Of a stretch of DNA of 64,000 nucleotides, positions 1 to 8,591 are shown one piece after another. Under the pieces are notes generated by a model. The model searched no databases. It had not been told where the DNA came from and saw only the letters and a list, made by a program, of their open reading frames with translations. Position numbers and translations under genes: made by a program. This stretch comes from an uncultured Candidatus Micrarchaeota archaeon. Its GTDB lineage: Archaea; Micrarchaeota; Micrarchaeia; Anstonellales; Bilamarchaeaceae. The stretch is from positions 37,461 to 101,460 of the forward strand of contig CAVRPK010000007.1 in assembly GCA_963723105.1 (NCBI GenBank), in the 5' to 3' direction. Position 1 is the first letter of the stretch; each line of letters opens with the position of its first letter.

Positions 1-1
1 T

Positions 2-1519
2 TCTATTGCAAAACTTCTTCAATCAAGAGGATACAAAGTAGTCCCAGTAAAGTTTGATGGGTATCTGAATGTTGATTGTGGAACCATGAATCCGTTTAGA
101 CATGGGGAAGTATTTGTCTTGGATGATGGAACAGAAGTTGATATGGACTTTGGAACCTATGAGAGATTTTTGAATCAGTCACTTCAAGGAGTATGTTCGA
201 TTACTGGTGGAAAACTTTTCAAAACAGTGTTAGAAAAAGAAAGGCGCGGGGATTATCTTGGACGGGATGTGCAGATTGTTCCACATTTAACAGATGAAAT
301 TAAACGAAGAGTAGCAGAAGCTGCAACAGATGCAGATATCGTACTAATTGAAATCGGAGGAACAATTGGAGATCTTGAAAATGGATACTTTGTCGAAGCT
401 ATGAGACAGCAGAATTTTGAGAAGGACAATATGGCATTTATCCAATTGACATATGTTCCAAGCTTAAGCCCAGGAGAGCAAAAAACAAAACCAACTCAGC
501 ATGCAACAAGACTTTTGCAGAGCCTTGGAATTCAACCAGATATAATAGTTGTTCGTGAGCAGGAAAAATTGACAAGCGAATCAAGAAGAAAAATCAGTAC
601 TTATTGTAATGTTCCAGAAGAAGCAGTTTTTGATGATCCGCTTCTTCAAACAGTTTATCAGCTTCCAATAGTTCTTGATAGACAAGGACTGTATGATGTG
701 CTTGCAAAGAAGCTGGATCTCAAGAAAAAAGATGCAGATTTGAAAAATTGGCAAAAGAAAGTAAATCAAATTATGAGGCCAAAAGAAAAACCCCTCAAAA
801 TTGCCATTGTTGGTAAATATACAGCAGTAAAAGATGCTTATGTTAGTGTGAAGGAAGCACTTGTTCACAGTGCAGCTGCGCTTAACTGCGGACTTGAAAT
901 TGGATGGATTGAAGGAAGTGATCTTGAGAGCATGGATAATGTTACACCAACTCTTTCAGAGTATGATGGGATTGTAGTACCTGGTGGTTTTGGAACCAGA
1001 GGAATTGAAGGAAAAATTAGGGCAATTGAATATGCACGAAAAAACAATGTTCCATACTTGGGATTGTGCCTTGGGCTTCAACTGATGGTAATTGAATATG
1101 CACGAAATGTTTGTGGACTCAAAGAAGCAAATTCAAAGGAGTTTGACAAGAAAACACCTCATCCAGTAATTGATTTTCTTCCGGAACAGCAGCAGATAGC
1201 AAAGATGGGAGGAACCCTCAGGCTTGGTGCTTATGATTGTGTTTTGAAAGATGGCACTATTTCACACAAAGCATATGGAGAGAACAAAGTATCAGAAAGG
1301 CACAGGCATAGATACGAAGTAAATTCAGAATATGTGAAAACTCTTGAGGACAAAGGCCTGATTATTGCTGGAACACATCCAAAAAATAATATTGTTGAGA
1401 TTACAGAATGGAGCAAAGGATTTGGGGTTGCATCCCAGGCACATGTTGAGCTTAAAAGCAGACTAGAGTCTCCAGCACCATTGTTTGTAGAGTTTTTGAA
1501 AGCAGCACGGAAAAAGTGA
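2..1519 (+). CDS. pyrG: CTP synthase (5'-truncated by window edge)
   Basis: Frame is open from nt 2 (..VKFDGYLNVDCGTMNPFRHGEVFV). Contains EIGGTIGDLE and EQKTKPTQH, plus glutaminase motifs GLCLGLQ and RHRHRYE. Confidence 0.97.
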   Translation, partial: SIAKLLQSRGYKVVPVKFDGYLNVDCGTMNPFRHGEVFVLDDGTEVDMDFGTYERFLNQSLQGVCSITGGKLFKTVLEKERRGDYLGRDVQIVPHLTDEIKRRVAEAATDADIVLIEIGGTIGDLENGYFVEAMRQQNFEKDNMAFIQLTYVPSLSPGEQKTKPTQHATRLLQSLGIQPDIIVVREQEKLTSESRRKISTYCNVPEEAVFDDPLLQTVYQLPIVLDRQGLYDVLAKKLDLKKKDADLKNWQKKVNQIMRPKEKPLKIAIVGKYTAVKDAYVSVKEALVHSAAALNCGLEIGWIEGSDLESMDNVTPTLSEYDGIVVPGGFGTRGIEGKIRAIEYARKNNVPYLGLCLGLQLMVIEYARNVCGLKEANSKEFDKKTPHPVIDFLPEQQQIAKMGGTLRLGAYDCVLKDGTISHKAYGENKVSERHRHRYEVNSEYVKTLEDKGLIIAGTHPKNNIVEITEWSKGFGVASQAHVELKSRLESPAPLFVEFLKAARKK

Positions 1520-1568
1520 TAGAAACAATATCAATGCATTTTTAAACTCTTTTTAACACTAAATAGAT

Positions 1569-2222
1569 ATGACAAAACGGCTAAAAAGACCTTTAGTTCC
1601 ACTTTCAGAGGCAAGAAGAAAAATGCCCAAATTAAATGAAGCTGCTGTATTTGTCGAAACTCTTTTTGGAAGGCCTCTTCTCAATAATCCAGCAGTAGAT
1701 GATAGAAGAAGATTATTGCCGCGTTTGAGCAATGATGGAAGAATTCTTTCGCCAGGAAAAAATATCCGGCACATGGTGCATGAACTTGTGCATTCAGAGG
1801 ATTATTATAAAACTCCACTAATAGGTCCAGGAGAAATTAGCATTTTGGATAGGATAAAAGGAGCATTGAAGATTAAACTGCAAGTATATACTGAGGGAAG
1901 GGCAATTTTTGCTAGCCACTTATTTAGAGATAAAATAAGAAGATTTGAACTGAATTTCGTTTCTCTTGCAGTGGGATTGTATGGAGCAGTAGCTTCTGGG
2001 GTTGATGCAATGCCTTCGATTCCAACGATAGGTTGGATGATTATGCTAGTTAATGGAATCACATATTGGCCATTTCATAACGCTCTTTGTAGCATAACAA
2101 AAAAGATTGGAGACCCAATTGAAGCATTTAGGCTAACAACTGAGAAACCACCAAACTTTGTTGGTTTGATATTCCCATTAAAATTTTATAGGAGAGATAT
2201 TGAAAAGAAAATAAGCAATTAA
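1569..2222 (+). CDS. Hypothetical membrane protein with HExxH (HELVH) zinc-metalloprotease-like motif
   Basis: 217-aa ORF. HELVH is followed downstream by a TEG glutamate and then two hydrophobic segments. Confidence 0.6.
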   Translation: MTKRLKRPLVPLSEARRKMPKLNEAAVFVETLFGRPLLNNPAVDDRRRLLPRLSNDGRILSPGKNIRHMVHELVHSEDYYKTPLIGPGEISILDRIKGALKIKLQVYTEGRAIFASHLFRDKIRRFELNFVSLAVGLYGAVASGVDAMPSIPTIGWMIMLVNGITYWPFHNALCSITKKIGDPIEAFRLTTEKPPNFVGLIFPLKFYRRDIEKKISN

Positions 2223-2230
2223 AATCATCT

Positions 2231-2929
2231 GTGCAAATTCTGATTATGATTACTGATGATCTACAAAACTTGTCAAACCCAAAAAAAGCAAAACAACTCT
2301 CAAGATATTTCAAAACAGGAAGAGGAGAATATGGAGAAGGAGATGTGTTTCTTGGTTTGCAAGTTCCCGAGATTAGAAAGATTGCAAAGAATTATGCAGG
2401 CCTAAATTTTAAAGATCTTGAAAAGCTCCTTGCAAATGAAATCCACGAATATCGTCTTGCAGCATTACTTATTTTAGTTGATAGATTCAAACGTGCAGAT
2501 AGAAAAGAACAAAAGGAAATCTACGAATTTTATTTGAAAAATACTGATGGGATTGATAATTGGGATTTGGTTGATTTGTCGGCACACGAAATTGTTGGTA
2601 AGTACCTTCTTGATAAAAAACCAGACATACTTTACGAATTAGCACGATCAAGAAATATGTGGGAGCGAAGAATTGCAGTCGTTGCAACATACACATTTAT
2701 CAGGAGCAATAGGTTTGAGGAAAATTTAAAAATTGCAAAAATGCTTTTGTATGATGAGGAAGATTTAATTCACAAAGCAGTAGGCTGGATGCTCCGGGAA
2801 ATTGGAAAAAGAAATCAGGATGCAGAAGAAAGATTCCTCAAAAGACATTACAAAAAAATGCCTAGAACAATGCTTAGATATGCAATTGAAAAGTTTGATA
2901 AAACAAAAAGAAAATATTATATGAGCTAA
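2231..2929 (+). CDS. DNA alkylation repair enzyme (AlkD-like HEAT-repeat glycosylase family)
   Basis: FKTGRGEYGEGDVFLG, NWDLVD, WERRIA and IHKAVGWMLRE motifs. Start may be ATG 2246. Confidence 0.9.
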   Translation: MQILIMITDDLQNLSNPKKAKQLSRYFKTGRGEYGEGDVFLGLQVPEIRKIAKNYAGLNFKDLEKLLANEIHEYRLAALLILVDRFKRADRKEQKEIYEFYLKNTDGIDNWDLVDLSAHEIVGKYLLDKKPDILYELARSRNMWERRIAVVATYTFIRSNRFEENLKIAKMLLYDEEDLIHKAVGWMLREIGKRNQDAEERFLKRHYKKMPRTMLRYAIEKFDKTKRKYYMS

Positions 2930-3504
2930 TCTAAAATTGCAATTGCACGACAGGGGGCTCCATCTGCATTTTTTATTTTAAGTGGAAGGAGATAGAACTC
3001 GCATCTCTTTCCAAGCAGTCCATTGAGATTTGTTAAATTCTCTGCAATAAGGATATTATTCTTGAAAAACAGATGATGAATTTCAAATGGAGAAACATCT
3101 GGACTAAATGAATCAAAACCAACTATTTTTGGCTTTAGTGCAACTATTTTTTTTCCAAGATCAGCAGATACCAATGATTCGTTTGGATAATCATCATGTG
3201 CAAGTCCTGTTGAAAAAAGAAGGATGTCGTTTTTCTTAACTAGATTCAATTTTGGAGCATTGACATCAAGCACAACACCAGATCCAGCAAAGGTTTCAAT
3301 AGGGAACTCGTCGAGTTTTTTGCCTTCTTCAAACATATGAAAAGGAGCATCAATATGAGTTGCAATATGAGAGGAAATTGTTAACGTTTTTGAATTCCAG
3401 CCATGATTTGCAATAGTTGTGGATTGGAGTATTTCTGGGGTATCATCACCAGGATACGTAGGAGTGTCATTATCCAGATAAATAGACAAATCAATAATTT
3501 TCAT
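2926..3504 (-). CDS. Cyclase family protein (kynurenine formamidase-like metal hydrolase)
   Basis: IIDLS..YPGD, SHIATHIDAPFH, ENLTNL and DGAPCRAIA motifs. Likely start MKIIDLS at 3504. Confidence 0.9.
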   Translation of the reverse strand: MKIIDLSIYLDNDTPTYPGDDTPEILQSTTIANHGWNSKTLTISSHIATHIDAPFHMFEEGKKLDEFPIETFAGSGVVLDVNAPKLNLVKKNDILLFSTGLAHDDYPNESLVSADLGKKIVALKPKIVGFDSFSPDVSPFEIHHLFFKNNILIAENLTNLNGLLGKRCEFYLLPLKIKNADGAPCRAIAILD

Positions 3505-3555
3505 AGTTACCACTTGAGATATTGGCATGAGGAAAGGATAAATAAGCTTGCAAAA

Positions 3556-3987
3556 TTATTCGTTATAGTGAATTTTGATATCGGCATACTTTGACTTTAG
3601 TGGCTTGTCTTTTGGAAATTCAAGAAATGCCAGAACGAAAAAAGAATTTGCACCAAGAACATCATCATTTTTCCAAGCATCTGCCATCTGTGGATCATCT
3701 CCAGGATATTCAATTTCTGGAGCAATAGCAGGAATGGAAATTGAAAAATGAAATTCACCGGAAACAAACTCGGAACTGCCTTGAATCTCAGTAGATACAA
3801 ATTCTGTCTCAATAGGAGTGGAGTATGTTTTATCAGGCGCATTATAGGACAATGCCACCCTCAACCGGTCAGCTGGAAGAGGAGATTTTGTTTCAAGCTT
3901 TATGATTCCAGAAATTTCTTCTCCAGGTTTGAATTCGGTTTTATCTAATTTCACACTCAGTTTTTTTCCGCCAAACAGACCAAACAT
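3556..3987 (-). CDS. Hypothetical protein, arrestin-N/SpoOM-like beta-sandwich
   Basis: Start MFGLFGG at 3987 with a GGTGGT SD upstream; the longer ORF call overlaps the tRNA. Shows the LDKTEFKPGEEISG and FHFSISIP pattern. Confidence 0.6.
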   Translation of the reverse strand: MFGLFGGKKLSVKLDKTEFKPGEEISGIIKLETKSPLPADRLRVALSYNAPDKTYSTPIETEFVSTEIQGSSEFVSGEFHFSISIPAIAPEIEYPGDDPQMADAWKNDDVLGANSFFVLAFLEFPKDKPLKSKYADIKIHYNE

Positions 3988-4006
3988 AGAACCACCATAA
4001 AGAAAA

Positions 4007-4171
4007 TGGGCCCGCCCAGGATCGAACTGGGGATCTCTACCACTTTGTGGAAGAGGATTGTGGAGTGCCACAACATCTCTACCATGTCAAGGTAGCGTCT
4101 TAACCATTGTCGCTTAACCAAAAAGTTTTGGTCCAGCTTTTTTCTAAAAGCTGGGACTCGACTACGGGCCC
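4007..4171 (-). tRNA. tRNA-Val(GAC) with two introns (4107-4156, D-loop 15/16; 4043-4084, anticodon loop 37/38)
   Basis: Spliced 73-nt product GGGCCCGTAGTCGAG|TGGTTAAGACGCTACCTTGACA|TGGTAGAGATCCCCAGTTCGATCCTGGGCGGGCCCA folds as a cloverleaf: acceptor GGGCCCG/CGGGCCC, anticodon stem CTACC/GGTAG, T-loop TTCGATC. No encoded CCA. Confidence 0.93.
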
Positions 4172-4209
4172 GGATTAGAAACTATAGTTGATGAAATAGG
4201 ATTAAAAGA

Positions 4210-4677
4210 CTACTGCATGTGTTCGAGGATTTCCAAACCTGCCTTTAACAGTGCTGGATCGTCTGCAAGAGCAGTTTCAACATAATTAACAAGGCCAGCT
4301 GAAGCAAATTGTTCAAAGCAAGATAGAAGGGATATATCAAGAAGAGAAATAATAGCAGCAGCCTTTGGATTAGGGATCCTGAAGGCTTCAAGAGCTTTAT
4401 GGAGCTTGCCTAAATGAAGTGGAAAAAGCTTGGAGCTTCTAAGAATCAAGATATCAGCTGTAATTCCCTCAGGACAATCGTAGAATTGAAGATACCCGAG
4501 AACCTTGCTGGAACTTGAAGCTCCTGTGCGCTGAAAAAAATAAGGCATTAATTTAGCTTCAGATCGAAGATTGGATTCTTCCGTAACAAAAACTATTGTT
4601 CTGCCGTGTGCTGATTCGAGTAGTGGGTCTGAAAAACGTACTCTAGAAGCAGTAGGCTGTGAAAATTTTTGTCTCAT
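4210..4677 (-). CDS. Hypothetical protein, degenerate receiver (CheY-like) fold; paralog of neighbour
   Basis: Pattern RTIVFVTEE..ADILIL..NPKAAAII..AG. Aligns by eye with 4674-5162. Confidence 0.55.
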   Translation of the reverse strand: MRQKFSQPTASRVRFSDPLLESAHGRTIVFVTEESNLRSEAKLMPYFFQRTGASSSSKVLGYLQFYDCPEGITADILILRSSKLFPLHLGKLHKALEAFRIPNPKAAAIISLLDISLLSCFEQFASAGLVNYVETALADDPALLKAGLEILEHMQ

Positions 4678-5162
4678 CTTTGTAACCTTTCAAGAATTTT
4701 TGATGCATTAAAAAGAATCTGGAAATCATCCCCACCTGAACTTTCAAGTGAATCTATTTGGCCAGCTTGATAGTGGGGAATAAGACTTTTCGAGAGTTCT
4801 GGGTCGGTGGCGCAAACAATGACTGCGGACTTTGGATTTGATGACTTAAAATCAATCAGACGATCGGTAAAGAGAGCAAGATTTTCTCCAATGCGGCTAG
4901 AGGGTTTCAGGACTAAAACATCAGCAGAAAAATTATCTGAGAAAAAGCCAGTATAAGTCAAAACCCTGCTTTTAGGGCCAACAATGCCTCGAAATACCCC
5001 AGATTGTATAAGTGGAGTGAGAATAGCAAATTGAGTATCTTCAACTATGAAAACAACTGTCTTTTCACGAAGAGAAGCGCCTATTGCACGCTTACTTTCC
5101 AGTATCGTGGCTCTTGGATCTTTTGCAGACTGATCGGGCTTTTTCTTTGATCTAAAGAACAT
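4674..5162 (-). CDS. Hypothetical protein, degenerate receiver (CheY-like) fold; paralog of neighbour
   Basis: Start MFFRSKKK at 5162. Pattern KTVVFIVED..ADVLVL..NPKSAVIV..AG. ATGA overlap with the downstream gene. Confidence 0.55.
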   Translation of the reverse strand: MFFRSKKKPDQSAKDPRATILESKRAIGASLREKTVVFIVEDTQFAILTPLIQSGVFRGIVGPKSRVLTYTGFFSDNFSADVLVLKPSSRIGENLALFTDRLIDFKSSNPKSAVIVCATDPELSKSLIPHYQAGQIDSLESSGGDDFQILFNASKILERLQR

Positions 5163-5199
5163 AAACTCGATTATAATTAATGGAAGGAAATGTTTAAAA

Positions 5200-5448
5200 T
5201 CAGAAGCGATATGATTTATCCCATACAATTTCATTAGAAGGAGGCTCTCCAATGCGATAAAATGCTTGACGAGCCAGATTTCGAACAGTAAAAGAAGGAT
5301 CATGTACAGAAACATAATGCAGAGAGAGACGAGCAAGGTGGGCATCTTCGTGAGAAATCAAAGCTACCATTTCTTTGATGGCTGCTTTCCTCTCAAGTGC
5401 TTTTTTGCTTGATAATCTTCCCAAAACATTGTGAATCTTTCTTTGCAT
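5200..5448 (-). CDS. Small hypothetical protein with HEAT-repeat-like pattern
   Basis: 82 aa, ERKAAIKEM..HDPSFTVRNLARQAF. AGGCGAT SD and a TTTATAAA TATA box at 5491-5498 upstream. Confidence 0.55.
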   Translation of the reverse strand: MQRKIHNVLGRLSSKKALERKAAIKEMVALISHEDAHLARLSLHYVSVHDPSFTVRNLARQAFYRIGEPPSNEIVWDKSYRF

Positions 5449-5464
5449 AGCTGATCGCCTTCGA

Positions 5465-5481
5465 ACACATATGATATGTGT
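5465..5481. promoter_or_regulatory. Perfect 8-1-8 inverted repeat ACACATAT-G-ATATGTGT (candidate operator)
   Basis: Lies between the TATA box (5491-5498) and the start codon at 5448 of the minus-strand orphan cluster. Confidence 0.4.
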
Positions 5482-5602
5482 GTGAAAATGTTTATAAATG
5501 TATTGAATAGTGTTATATTGGGTTGTAGAGAGAAATCAAGAAAGATACAATAAATAAAAGAGGTTTGATTAAGACTAAGTTAACTGGTTGTGGTGAATCA
5601 AA

Positions 5603-7342
5603 ATGAAATTTACAAGATCCCCAATAATTTGTCTTCTTGCTCATGTTGATCATGGCAAAACTACACTCCTCGATAGCATCCGTGGAACTGCTGTTGTAAA
5701 GAAAGAAGCTGGTGGCATTACCCAGATGATAGGAGCAAGCTATGTGTCAAAAAAATCTATTGATGCAGTTGCAAAAGATTTAGCTGAAAAGATGAAACTT
5801 AAAATCACTATTCCAGGACTGCTTTTTATAGATACTCCAGGACATGAAGCTTTTGGAAATCTTCGAGATAGAGGAGGCAGTCTTGCTGACCTTGTTATTT
5901 TACTGGTTGATATTAATCAGGGATTCCAACCGCAAACAATTGAGAGTATCAAGATACTCAAACAACATAAAACCCCTTTCATCCTCGTAGCAAACAAAAT
6001 AGATGCCTTAGGTGGATGGAAAAGTTATGATACGCCTTCATTTTTGGAATCTTACTCAAAACAACCAGATCACATCAAACAAAGACTTGATGAAAAAATG
6101 TACGAGATCATGGGGAAAATATCAGAGCATGGATTTGATAGTGAACGCTTCGACCGTGTGGAAGATTTCTCTAAGCAAATAGGAATCATACCAATTAGTG
6201 CAAAGACCAAAGAGGGACTAAGCGAATTACTAGTGATCATTGGAGGCCTTTCCCAAAAATTCCTTGGAGATCGCCTTGAAATTGAGGAAAATGGACGGGG
6301 GAAAGGCAGTATTATCGAAGTAAAGGATGAGAAAGGACTTGGAACTACTGTTGATGTTATTGTGTATGATGGGATCATCAGGAAAAATGATGAGATTGCA
6401 TACATGACCCCAAATGGAATTAAGAAAACAAAAGTAAGGAGTTTGCTTGAGCCAAATCTTAGCGGTGGAGACAAGTTTCTCAATATAGATGAGGTTATTG
6501 CTGCTGCGGGAGTAAAAATCTGCGCACCAGGACTTGAAGATGCAATTCCAGGTTCTCCAATTGAAGTTATTCATGATTTTGAAAAAGATAGAGTTGCAAT
6601 AGAAACACAATTCAAAAAAGTTATTTTCCAGAAACGTGATGAGGCCGGAGTTATTCTCAGGGCAGATAGCCTGGGTTCAGTTGAAGCCCTACTCTCGCTT
6701 TTGAAAAATGCAAATATCAATGTAAAGGATGCTGCAGTTGGAAATGTTACCAGAGGGGATATACTGGCAGCTGGAGCTCAGGAAGATAGGTTCCTCAGGG
6801 CCATTCTTGGATTTAATGTTAAGGTGTTAGAAGAAGCAAGAGAAGAGAGCAAAAATGCAAATGTTCCTGTCATCTATAGCAATATTGTATACAAAGTAAT
6901 TGAAGAATATCAACAGTGGGTAAAAACAGAAAAAGAGAATATGAAAAAAGAAGCTCTGACAAAGCTCACATGCCCGGGCAAGATCAAAATACTGAACGGA
7001 TATGTATTTCGAGTATCAAAACCAGCGATTTTTGGAGTTAATGTTCTTGCTGGAAGATTGAAAAAGAATTACAGGCTTATGAATAAATCTGGAGAAATTG
7101 TTGGCCAGGTTCGGGAAATCCAAAAAGATAAGGAAAAAGTTTTGGAAGCTTCTGTTGGAGATGAACTTGCAATTTCCTGCGAGGGGATGACTATTCCAAA
7201 GGATGCTGCAGAAGGAGATGTCCTCTACACATACATGACCAAAGACGAGATAGATGTTTGGAATGAGCGGATAGACATGCTCAGCAAAGAAGAGAAAGAA
7301 CTCTTTGAAGAAATGAAAAAAATGATTTTGAAATTCTTCTGA
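5603..7342 (+). CDS. infB: Translation initiation factor aIF5B (IF-2)
   Basis: RSPIICLLAHVDHGKTTLLD, EAGGITQ, DTPGHEAF and NKID motifs; archaeal length; GGTGA SD. Confidence 0.97.
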   Translation: MKFTRSPIICLLAHVDHGKTTLLDSIRGTAVVKKEAGGITQMIGASYVSKKSIDAVAKDLAEKMKLKITIPGLLFIDTPGHEAFGNLRDRGGSLADLVILLVDINQGFQPQTIESIKILKQHKTPFILVANKIDALGGWKSYDTPSFLESYSKQPDHIKQRLDEKMYEIMGKISEHGFDSERFDRVEDFSKQIGIIPISAKTKEGLSELLVIIGGLSQKFLGDRLEIEENGRGKGSIIEVKDEKGLGTTVDVIVYDGIIRKNDEIAYMTPNGIKKTKVRSLLEPNLSGGDKFLNIDEVIAAAGVKICAPGLEDAIPGSPIEVIHDFEKDRVAIETQFKKVIFQKRDEAGVILRADSLGSVEALLSLLKNANINVKDAAVGNVTRGDILAAGAQEDRFLRAILGFNVKVLEEAREESKNANVPVIYSNIVYKVIEEYQQWVKTEKENMKKEALTKLTCPGKIKILNGYVFRVSKPAIFGVNVLAGRLKKNYRLMNKSGEIVGQVREIQKDKEKVLEASVGDELAISCEGMTIPKDAAEGDVLYTYMTKDEIDVWNERIDMLSKEEKELFEEMKKMILKFF

Positions 7343-7346
7343 TCTT

Positions 7347-7901
7347 ATGTGCCATTATTTTGATATCATTGGAAGTGGGGAAGTGCTGATTCTCCAGCTT
7401 TTGGTATTAGCTTCGATTATTGTCAGTATTCTAATTTGGATAAAACTATACCTGCAAAATGGGCTTGAGAAAGAGTTATGGACTTATGCTCCTGCGATTA
7501 TATTCTGGATTGTTTTTGGAACTTTAGATATTCTAGTTACAGCAAAGGGAACATTTCTCGATCCATACCGAGAAGGAAATCCACTGGCCAGATTTATTTT
7601 TGTTGAAAGCGGATACTTGGGCCCGGTTATTGCAAGTATTTTGTGGATATCGCTCTGGGCAGGAATTGTGCTTTTGATCAACAAGGCAAAGATAAATGGA
7701 GCTGCATTTTTCTCGTGTGCAATATTTTGGTCGCTTGCAGTTGGACACTTGTTTGGATTTAGTTCCTGGTTTATTCCAATGTGTGCAATTTCTGAAAATT
7801 ACAGATTATTCTTCTCTGAACTTCCGAGAGTAATTAAGATAATTCTCGTTGGAATGGTTATTGCAATATTCCAGTATTCAGGATTGAAAAGAGTAAGCTA
7901 G
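7347..7901 (+). CDS. Multi-pass membrane protein (D..T..G..E.NP motif, DUF5658-like)
   Basis: Five hydrophobic segments; LDILVTAKG..REGNPLA. Confidence 0.65.
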   Translation: MCHYFDIIGSGEVLILQLLVLASIIVSILIWIKLYLQNGLEKELWTYAPAIIFWIVFGTLDILVTAKGTFLDPYREGNPLARFIFVESGYLGPVIASILWISLWAGIVLLINKAKINGAAFFSCAIFWSLAVGHLFGFSSWFIPMCAISENYRLFFSELPRVIKIILVGMVIAIFQYSGLKRVS

Positions 7902-8491
7902 CCCTGATCTTGGCGGTGTTTTTCCATCTTGGACATAATTACATCCTTAACAGCTGAGAGAGTTTCTGCAGCAGAAGGAGGACCAATTTCCTTGAGTGGA
8001 ACATTGAGGAACTTTGCTACTTCTTTTGCCTTGTTCCGGATTCCTTCTTCCGGATTTGTAAGGATGTCCATTCCGCCAGATAAAGAACCGAATTCAAATG
8101 GCAACGCTTCACCGCCTTCAAGAACAAAATTGATAATGAACTGGCGCCGAGTTGATCTTCTGGAACTGATGTGCTCTTTTTCAAGAGTAATCCCTGTGAT
8201 AGTCTGTAAGCTTACTTCCCGAGCTTCTTGCTTTATGATGCTCCAGAGAGAGAATCTTGCTTTGCTAGTTCCCTTGTTCAGAGTTATATTTACAAGTTTT
8301 GTTGAGGCAAGAATGCCAAGGCCCGCCAGGACAAAAATCCCAGTAAATGCAATCGGAAGAATCTCACCAGAAGGCAAAAATGCCAATAAAGCAACAATTC
8401 CAACTACCAGAAAAATCAAGCCTCCAAAGAAATGACTGGCGTTGTAATCCTTTAAGGCCATTAAAGATGAGCCCTCAGTTGTAATTTTCAT
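7898..8491 (-). CDS. Hypothetical protein with two N-terminal TM helices and a soluble beta-rich domain
   Basis: 197-aa ORF; 4-nt convergent stop overlap with the neighbour. Confidence 0.7.
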   Translation of the reverse strand: MKITTEGSSLMALKDYNASHFFGGLIFLVVGIVALLAFLPSGEILPIAFTGIFVLAGLGILASTKLVNITLNKGTSKARFSLWSIIKQEAREVSLQTITGITLEKEHISSRRSTRRQFIINFVLEGGEALPFEFGSLSGGMDILTNPEEGIRNKAKEVAKFLNVPLKEIGPPSAAETLSAVKDVIMSKMEKHRQDQG

Positions 8492-8591
8492 GAGATTAAT
8501 TCGCAGATATTGATTTAATTATTCTCCAAGGATGGGACTGAGCTTGGATTTAAATCCATGTCGAATCATACTATTGTTTTGGAGGATTTTT

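Noticed and set aside
3988-4071. N-terminal extension of ORF 3556..4071
   Set aside because: It overlaps the tRNA-Val gene; a better start with an SD lies at 3987.
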